A DNA stretch of 64,000 bases from a bacterium (GTDB lineage: Bacteria > Zhuqueibacterota > Zhuqueibacteria > Residuimicrobiales > Krinioviventaceae), in NCBI GenBank assembly GCA_963693055.1, contig OY843751.1:5600001-5664000 (forward strand). Reading direction: 5' to 3'. The notes under the pieces are model-generated. The model had not been told where the DNA came from. It saw only the letters and a program-made list of their open reading frames with translations, and searched no databases. This document shows, in pieces, positions 57,165 through 64,000 of this stretch. Position 1 is the stretch's first letter. The number at the start of each line of letters is the position of its first letter. A program made the position numbers and the translations under genes.

Positions 57165-60100
57165 TTATTTCAATTTTGCAATTTTGCCCATTATTTTCTT
57201 GGTCTCGCCATTGGCTGTTACCGTTAATTTATAAAAATAAACACCATTTGCCAGTTGATTTCCGTTCATGTCCAACGCATCCCATTGAACCTCATGATAA
57301 TCCGCACTTAGCGGATTAGGATCACTGCTAATCAGCAACGGATTCAAATCTCTGATCAACCTGCCGGATGCAGTATAAATCTTTAACTCAACCTTGTCAA
57401 CCGGGATGGTGAAAAAATATGCAAACAGCGTTTCATCCTGAAATGGATTGGGATAGTTACCCAGCATTTGCACATCAAATTTTTCTGCAGTTTTAAAGCT
57501 GTATTCTTTAGAAATTAATAAATTCCCGTTACAATCCATACACCGTACATTCATGGTGTGGCTGCCGGTAGTCAAATCTGGTGTCAGTTTTGCTGTTATC
57601 TGGTTTGCATTTAAAACCGTGTCAGGAATGCCCAGATTCTGCATGCTTTGCTCTGCACCATTTAAAATGACCTTGATCGATTCAACCAGAATACCATTAT
57701 CATCCTGAAAAACAAGTGTGAACTTGGGGTCAGGACTTATATATTTATCTTTGGAATAAGGTTGACCATCAATAGAAACCTCAACATCCGGTAACTGTGT
57801 ATCTTGACTGGTAAGAACAGTAACCAGCCCCGGTGAATAAAGAGAGGCAGTCAACAAACTGTCTTCTTTTTCGGTTTCAAGCCTGCTCCATTTTTTTGAA
57901 ACATCGGAATATGTAAAAATTGAATAATCTACTGCCGTAGAGTCTAAAATATATTGAACCGTATCTGATAATATAAATCGAACCTGTACAGGACTAACAA
58001 ACTCGCCTGCCATTCCAGGCACGTTAATATCATAAACCGCAACATCATAAAGCGACTGAAAATCCGGTTGTTCAAAAATAGTAACCGAATCCTGCTTTTC
58101 AAAACCAAACACACCATTCTCTGCCATAACAGATTTTGGCACATATAACGTCAAAGTTGAATCTAATGCAAGTGTATCCAAATAGCTTGTACCGTATTGA
58201 ATACCCGTTCCCGGCACAAAATTGAACAGATCCACCTGCTGATAAAAATTATAAAAATTATTATAAAAATTGGTATCCCTGTATAAGCTATCCGGATCAA
58301 TTTCCAGTCTACATAAATGCCTGCCAGCGGGTAATGAAACCGGCAAAGAGATATCTGCAAATGAATACGCGCTTACCTGGACAGTTTTACTACTCAATGG
58401 CTGCCACAAACTGTCATCTTTGCTGATATAGAATTGAACAGGTATATCAAATGCATCTGTATCACCATAATTTAAAATTCTGGCTGTAAGTTCTACCTGT
58501 GTTTCTCCTTCAAGCTTTATTGATTGATGATCAAAAGTAAGGTCTGCACCTTTTTTCTTTTCATCAACATAGTAGATACTTTTGTATACTCGGCCACTGC
58601 TTGCTTTAACGATAAACTGGTAACTGATCTCCATAGAATTCGTATTCCTGATACCCTGATCACTTTTATACCAATTGTTACCAATGGCAGACATTGTCAA
58701 CGTATCGCCCAGTGTGACACAAAAAATACTATCTAGTTCTAAAGAAGAAAGAATCTTGGCAAAATAACGGATACTGTCTGAGGTAGAGATGGCTATTCGA
58801 GAAGAATCAAATAGTACCTGACTTAATGAAAACAGTGCGGAACCATTGGCCTGTTCTGTGCCCAGATCATTTTCAGCAAACACACGTACAGCCCCGGTTA
58901 ATGACTCAAAACCAGGATCAACAACCAACTGCGAGGAGGTTTTACCGTTAACAATAAAAAAGTCTCGAGTCATAACATCATTCTTTGCACTGTCAATCAC
59001 TGCAATTGTACCGCTTCCATCTGAAAAGGGGAATTCCGCGTTAACCGTAAAGGTTTCACCCTTTTGCAGGATTTGTAAATCAAGGCTCACCGCTGCTTTT
59101 TGCGTTGGCAAAACAAGCCGTGTCGCAGGATCACCAAAGATATGATATTGATTGACTTCGGTTTTTGATTGTACCTGGTTATATTTTGAATAATACAATA
59201 CTTTGCCGGCATTTACAATTTCACCAATGGTCTGATGAGGATGCTTGTACATATAATTTAAAATTTCCCGTTCAAGCAAATAATCGTTCAATTCCCATCC
59301 ATAACCACTTGCACCCAGCATTGCTACAATACCTTCGTTCTCTGCAAATAATAAAGCGTCAGCCAAAGATTCTCGTGAAGGAGATTCAAAAGATCCTGTA
59401 AAACAGGTCATACTGAGGATAAATGCAAGTTTACTGTCGCAGTTTATCTGTTCAGCATCTTCAATACGTAATAATCCATTATCAGCCCAAATAGCACCAC
59501 CGCCATGGCCGTGAAAAGTCATAACCGTACAACCATTATTAAAATAATCTAACAGATCCAAAGTACCACCAAAATAAGGATCGTTTGCCAATGTTTGATC
59601 GCGGTAGGTAAACAACATTTCCGTATTTAAATCTTTAGGTGCTGTTTGCGACAAGGTAAGACCTTGCTGACGGAATAAGATATCATTTCCGCCAATATAG
59701 AGTATACGATTTCGCCAATCTCCTGATGGTGCAGATGTCTCATATGCAATAATTTTGTTAATAATTTTCTCGACTTCTTCGGTCTCTCTTGCCGGAATTC
59801 GACCAATATTCAAATCCGGTATTTCATCATCTCCATCAACCAGGGTATACCAGTAATCACTGGCAGCCGCACCAAATTTAAAAGTCTGACGCATATATGC
59901 AGGAACAAGATCAAGCGTATCATCTTCAGTATAACGCAGGTAGCAACCATCACCCAAAAGTAAAACATATTTCAACTGCGGTTCAGACCAGTTATGATAC
60001 GCGTAAGAGATAAAATCTTTAATAGCATACGCACTGACTTTGCCATGATTAAACTCGTCATAAATATCATTAATATCTATCTTTAAGGTTTGTAAACCCT

Positions 60101-61949
60101 GAGACTGTCGCAGATCTATCAGCTCATCCACTGCAGGTACCTCAAGAAATCTGGGGTGAGAAATAATAATGTAATCTGCAGACACCTGTGAACTTTTCAG
60201 TTGAGTGGGTTCATCCTGAACGATTGCAACAGGTTTTAACTTGGCATCCTGGGTTACTGCAACATACTTTGTTTCCGCAGATGTTACAACATCCTGAAAA
60301 CTGATCTTGTATAGATCTCTTTTGCTGTTACTTTCAGTATAAGCTTCAACATCAACACCCAGCATTTTACTTGTATTGATTTTATAGACATCAACTTTTT
60401 GCTTATCAAAGCCATCAATTTTGAAAACATATGTTCCCGGTTCAAAAGCCTGGGGAACAGTAAACTTTAATTGATTTTCATGCGCCCGATACAACCGGGG
60501 ATATGTAATATTTGCCCAGTTAAAAAGAACATAATCAAAATATTGAGGATCCCCTGTATTCAAGATAGAAATGGTGTTACTTCCGTTTTCAAGATCAACG
60601 CCACTAGGTGCGTTATTACCCTCAAGATTCATTTCAATAAAATTCTGACCCCACCATTGGCTTTGGTATAAATAGCTGTCATTCAAATAAACCGCAACAG
60701 AATGCATCAAGGTGTCAGAGCTGGTTCTTCCACTCATGGAAATGCGGCACTCTATGCTTTCTGTCGATTGAACATCCGGATCCCACAATTCTATGGTATA
60801 AACCTGTTTCTGCCCGGATCGAATACCACTATCATAAAACCAATGGTCCCGCTCTACATCATTTGCGATGGTACCAAATCTTTCAAAATAGACATCTTTT
60901 TCTTCGTGCACGGTATCATGAAAAAACGTGGGTGAAATATATTGAATCCCGGCAGTGCTGGATACCTGGGCCTCTTCATCTACCATCCATTGAGTTTGAT
61001 CAGCATTCCAGGATAACACATAAACATTTGTAGAAGAATAAGGATCAGTATAAATATCTGTTTCAGATGTAATTGGTTTATAACGATGATATTCACCCCA
61101 GAATTCAAAATAATCATCAGCATCAAAGCTGCCGTCTTCCCATCCATGTACATAGATTGGAATATTTTTTCCATCAGAGGTTAATTTTAATTTTTTGACA
61201 TCAACATCAGCAAGCCGTACACCCGCTTCGCTTAAATCATAGCCAGTTATATGATAAAATCCATCCTCAGCAACAAGGATCTTCCATTTTTCATAAACAT
61301 CCTCCACTGCTTTGCTCAGAGAAGCTGGCGTGGTTGATTTGCGAGACGCAAGTGACAAGGCTCCCAATGAAGCTATTTTTTCTCTTTCCACCTGGGGAAC
61401 CAGTATACCGCCCGAATTTGCATTTAACCGTATTTCAAATACAATCTCTTTGCTTACAGTTAAAACCTCTGTTGCAGGATTATAATGGTATGGGTAAAAA
61501 TCTGCCGCCCACAATTCATTTCCTTCAAGAGAGCCAATTTTTCTCAATCCGGGTTGACCGGAAATGTTTTGGATCTCACCTGAAACATTTTCCTTACCTT
61601 CTTTACCCAGAGCAATATCCGGTTGAAATTCTTCAGGTGATAGTATAGATATATCTGTTTTTACTTCAGAAAGGATATGAATGCTTGCGTCTTTGCCATA
61701 CATGTGTAGCAACAAGGCAAAATAAGGCATAGCATATTTTCCATTCTGAGCAAAAACAGGATAATCGCTCATTGAAATTTGAGAAAATTCTTTATTCTCC
61801 AGAATAACTGTTTGGATATCCGGTATAGGGAAAGTAATTTTCCCCCTCAGGAAAGAATCTGACTTTTCAATGATAGTTATTTCTTCTTTTGCAGACACAG
61901 AACCGACAACAACCAGCGTTATCAGTATCCATAAACCAATCTTTTTCAT
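57165..61949 (-). CDS. C25-family (gingipain/PorU-like) cysteine peptidase with CARDB-like and C-terminal sorting domains
   Basis: Signal peptide from ATG 61949 (track start 61988). DIYDEF..G, KYVLLLGD, SDYWY, IGRIP, HGHG, TC..G.F, FGDP; tail NYPNPF...NGVYFYK. Confidence 0.9.
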   Translation of the reverse strand: MKKIGLWILITLVVVGSVSAKEEITIIEKSDSFLRGKITFPIPDIQTVILENKEFSQISMSDYPVFAQNGKYAMPYFALLLHMYGKDASIHILSEVKTDISILSPEEFQPDIALGKEGKENVSGEIQNISGQPGLRKIGSLEGNELWAADFYPYHYNPATEVLTVSKEIVFEIRLNANSGGILVPQVEREKIASLGALSLASRKSTTPASLSKAVEDVYEKWKILVAEDGFYHITGYDLSEAGVRLADVDVKKLKLTSDGKNIPIYVHGWEDGSFDADDYFEFWGEYHRYKPITSETDIYTDPYSSTNVYVLSWNADQTQWMVDEEAQVSSTAGIQYISPTFFHDTVHEEKDVYFERFGTIANDVERDHWFYDSGIRSGQKQVYTIELWDPDVQSTESIECRISMSGRTSSDTLMHSVAVYLNDSYLYQSQWWGQNFIEMNLEGNNAPSGVDLENGSNTISILNTGDPQYFDYVLFNWANITYPRLYRAHENQLKFTVPQAFEPGTYVFKIDGFDKQKVDVYKINTSKMLGVDVEAYTESNSKRDLYKISFQDVVTSAETKYVAVTQDAKLKPVAIVQDEPTQLKSSQVSADYIIISHPRFLEVPAVDELIDLRQSQGLQTLKIDINDIYDEFNHGKVSAYAIKDFISYAYHNWSEPQLKYVLLLGDGCYLRYTEDDTLDLVPAYMRQTFKFGAAASDYWYTLVDGDDEIPDLNIGRIPARETEEVEKIINKIIAYETSAPSGDWRNRILYIGGNDILFRQQGLTLSQTAPKDLNTEMLFTYRDQTLANDPYFGGTLDLLDYFNNGCTVMTFHGHGGGAIWADNGLLRIEDAEQINCDSKLAFILSMTCFTGSFESPSRESLADALLFAENEGIVAMLGASGYGWELNDYLLEREILNYMYKHPHQTIGEIVNAGKVLYYSKYNQVQSKTEVNQYHIFGDPATRLVLPTQKAAVSLDLQILQKGETFTVNAEFPFSDGSGTIAVIDSAKNDVMTRDFFIVNGKTSSQLVVDPGFESLTGAVRVFAENDLGTEQANGSALFSLSQVLFDSSRIAISTSDSIRYFAKILSSLELDSIFCVTLGDTLTMSAIGNNWYKSDQGIRNTNSMEISYQFIVKASSGRVYKSIYYVDEKKKGADLTFDHQSIKLEGETQVELTARILNYGDTDAFDIPVQFYISKDDSLWQPLSSKTVQVSAYSFADISLPVSLPAGRHLCRLEIDPDSLYRDTNFYNNFYNFYQQVDLFNFVPGTGIQYGTSYLDTLALDSTLTLYVPKSVMAENGVFGFEKQDSVTIFEQPDFQSLYDVAVYDINVPGMAGEFVSPVQVRFILSDTVQYILDSTAVDYSIFTYSDVSKKWSRLETEKEDSLLTASLYSPGLVTVLTSQDTQLPDVEVSIDGQPYSKDKYISPDPKFTLVFQDDNGILVESIKVILNGAEQSMQNLGIPDTVLNANQITAKLTPDLTTGSHTMNVRCMDCNGNLLISKEYSFKTAEKFDVQMLGNYPNPFQDETLFAYFFTIPVDKVELKIYTASGRLIRDLNPLLISSDPNPLSADYHEVQWDALDMNGNQLANGVYFYKLTVTANGETKKIMGKIAKLK

Positions 61950-62029
61950 CACATTAAATACTGTCATATGATCCGGTAATTCGTTCAATTTTATAAGTTA
62001 AAATAATGAATACTTTAGCATTAATCAAT

Positions 62030-62060
62030 AAAAAAAGCCGGGAAGGAAAAACCCGGCTTT
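62030..62060 (-). terminator. Intrinsic terminator
   Basis: A7-GCCGGG...CCCGGCTTT downstream of the stop at 62091. Confidence 0.75.
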
Positions 62061-62090
62061 AATATACTCAATTTTTATGTAAAAACACAA

Positions 62091-63998
62091 TTATTTTACA
62101 AACAACATTTTAATGGTCATTTGATTTTCAGGCGTTTTTACTCTTGCAAAATACAATCCCGCTGCAACCTGTTGCCCCTGATAATTTTTTCCATTCCAGG
62201 AAACATTGTGCATGCCAGGATGAAACTCTGCATCAGTCAATGTATTGATTGAACGACCCAATGTGTCAAATATCTCTACAGAAACATGACTATATTCAGG
62301 CAAGCTGAAAGAGATCGTTGTGCTGGGATTGAAAGGATTCGGATAATTCTGGTTTACCTGAAATGTTGTAGGAACCTGAGCGGCATCCTCTTCTTCAACA
62401 TCCGTCAGAATGGTCATCAAATCCGTTTCATCAAGTGAGAAATCAATATTGCCGGTGTTACCACCACCACTAACAGAGACCGCACTTGCTCCGCCAGGTA
62501 CGCTCTGATAGAATGGGAACGGAAAATATACCGGCAGAATTGCATTATCATACATGCTTGATATTCCATAATACAGGAACTTGAACATGATCTGATCCAG
62601 ATCCATGTCAATTGCAACCGGAACATTGGGATACCAAACATCAGCATAAATACCCAAATCGAGATCAAGAATACCAGTATCCAGATCGCCGCTTAACAGG
62701 GCATCCAACTCTAAACCACTGCCTTCGCCATTCACCATACCAACCAGACCATTAACAAGGTCAAGCAAGGTTGTATAGCTGAATGTACGGAGATAATAGC
62801 TTCCGTTTCTTAAACCGGAAACAGTATAATTACCAGTTACAGTCTCGGAATGTTCATTGGTAAGAATATTATAATCACTGGTGCCAAATCCTGCAATATG
62901 GCCACCCATATCAAAAGCAACAACGGTTACCATTGAAAGTGAGGATGTATTGCCAATATTCGAAATTTTTCCACTGATTGAACCGGTAGCAGCATCCAGA
63001 ATAATATTTTCTGTATGGGTCTCACCAAAATCAAGTGACAGGGTTGTTGAGCTTGCATCACTGTATGAGGTTCCACCACCCAAATAAGTAACAGCATAGT
63101 CTGCATTCAAAGGCAATGCGGCAACTTTATAATTTCCTGCTGGTAAGTAATCCACTCTATAACCACCATTAAACTGTACAAAGTCATATGCAATTGCATC
63201 ACCATTTGCTGCATCAAAAACAATTACAGGAAATTTTTGAATCTCATCTGCACCAGCCGGGTAACCATCAGCAATTTCCACATAACCCTGAACTATCGCT
63301 CCAACATCAAGCGTAAAGTTGACATTCGTTGCGTTAGAAGCACCCAGATTGATTACGCTAGCTGCATCAAAACCGGCCTTACTGTCATAAAATTCCGGAA
63401 GATAAAGTTTACCTTCAACATCTCCCGGCAGCAAGAACAACTTGTAATTACCTTGCGGCAAGGGTCCAAGACTATAAGAACCATCTTTTTCAATAATTCC
63501 CGGCATTATAAATGACAGATCCAACTCGTCTTCCATGCCCAGCAGGCTGCTGACATTGCCAACAAAATACTTGGGGAAACCGGTTTCACTATCAACTGCA
63601 ACAAGCAAAGCGTTAGAAACAGGATCACCGCTTACAGCATCAGTAATAGAGCCGCTGATAAAGCTGCCAGATGCCAATTCAATGTTTATTCCGGTTACTG
63701 ATTGTGGCTCTGTTAACGAAATACGGGTTGCATCGGCAATTTCAAGAATTCCGGTAACATCGTTATAATATTCATCAACCACCTGGCCTTTGTGCTTTCC
63801 GGGGGGAACAATACTATCTAAACTATCAAGATCTAAATTGTTCAAATCAAGATTAATATAAAAATCAGAGATTGTTCGGATAATGTATTCACCAGTTGGC
63901 AATCCCTTAAATGTATAATTACCTGAAAGATCCGTGAATGCAATTCCTAATCCCAAATTAGCAGGAAAAGGCTCATCCGTATCGCCAAGGACCTCTGC
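62091..63998 (-). CDS. Large secreted protein with carboxypeptidase-regulatory-like repeats and T9SS/FlgD-type tail, 5'-truncated by the window edge
   Basis: Frame is open to the window end. Repeats ISG.I.D...G...G.Y....LP.G.Y; tail QNYPNPFNPST...AGLYF...KMLFVK. Confidence 0.85.
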   Translation of the reverse strand, partial: AEVLGDTDEPFPANLGLGIAFTDLSGNYTFKGLPTGEYIIRTISDFYINLDLNNLDLDSLDSIVPPGKHKGQVVDEYYNDVTGILEIADATRISLTEPQSVTGINIELASGSFISGSITDAVSGDPVSNALLVAVDSETGFPKYFVGNVSSLLGMEDELDLSFIMPGIIEKDGSYSLGPLPQGNYKLFLLPGDVEGKLYLPEFYDSKAGFDAASVINLGASNATNVNFTLDVGAIVQGYVEIADGYPAGADEIQKFPVIVFDAANGDAIAYDFVQFNGGYRVDYLPAGNYKVAALPLNADYAVTYLGGGTSYSDASSTTLSLDFGETHTENIILDAATGSISGKISNIGNTSSLSMVTVVAFDMGGHIAGFGTSDYNILTNEHSETVTGNYTVSGLRNGSYYLRTFSYTTLLDLVNGLVGMVNGEGSGLELDALLSGDLDTGILDLDLGIYADVWYPNVPVAIDMDLDQIMFKFLYYGISSMYDNAILPVYFPFPFYQSVPGGASAVSVSGGGNTGNIDFSLDETDLMTILTDVEEEDAAQVPTTFQVNQNYPNPFNPSTTISFSLPEYSHVSVEIFDTLGRSINTLTDAEFHPGMHNVSWNGKNYQGQQVAAGLYFARVKTPENQMTIKMLFVK

Positions 63999-64000
63999 AT

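Overview
Bacterial chromosomal window of about 40% GC (estimated by eye) from a diderm organism. Three proteins carry NYPNPF-type C-terminal sorting tails, there is a gingipain/PorU-like gene next to a PorV-family gene, and sigma70 promoters and GGAG ribosome-binding sites look canonical. These point to a non-Bacteroidetes FCB-group lineage such as KSB1 or Calditrichota (inference only). Region 1-15.4 kb is accessory: exported catabolic enzymes, an esterase remnant, a complete IS256-family element with an 8-bp target duplication, four copies of a 31-bp palindrome, an antiporter/CBS pair, tRNA-Lys(CTT) and an AT-rich methyltransferase/endonuclease/Vsr island. Region 15.4-32 kb holds Tat-exported TIM-barrel enzymes, an ECF/FecR/TonB-dependent receptor/DUF4249 locus, a phytase, ferritin, and hcp with a Crp/Fnr regulator. 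Region 32-48 kb holds lipid A/LPS genes interrupted by two unusual regulatory units. One is an NtrC-type activator followed by a full enhancer/IHF/sigma54 promoter driving a sigma-like protein and a zinc anti-sigma-like protein. The other is an operon of pseudo-receiver-DUF4388 proteins and P-loop-dead MglA/CvnD-like GTPase domains, one gene being frameshifted. Region 48-64 kb holds murB-murA-lysC, an orphan murE and a T9SS-like cluster. All family assignments come from motif recognition by eye; no database searches were run.
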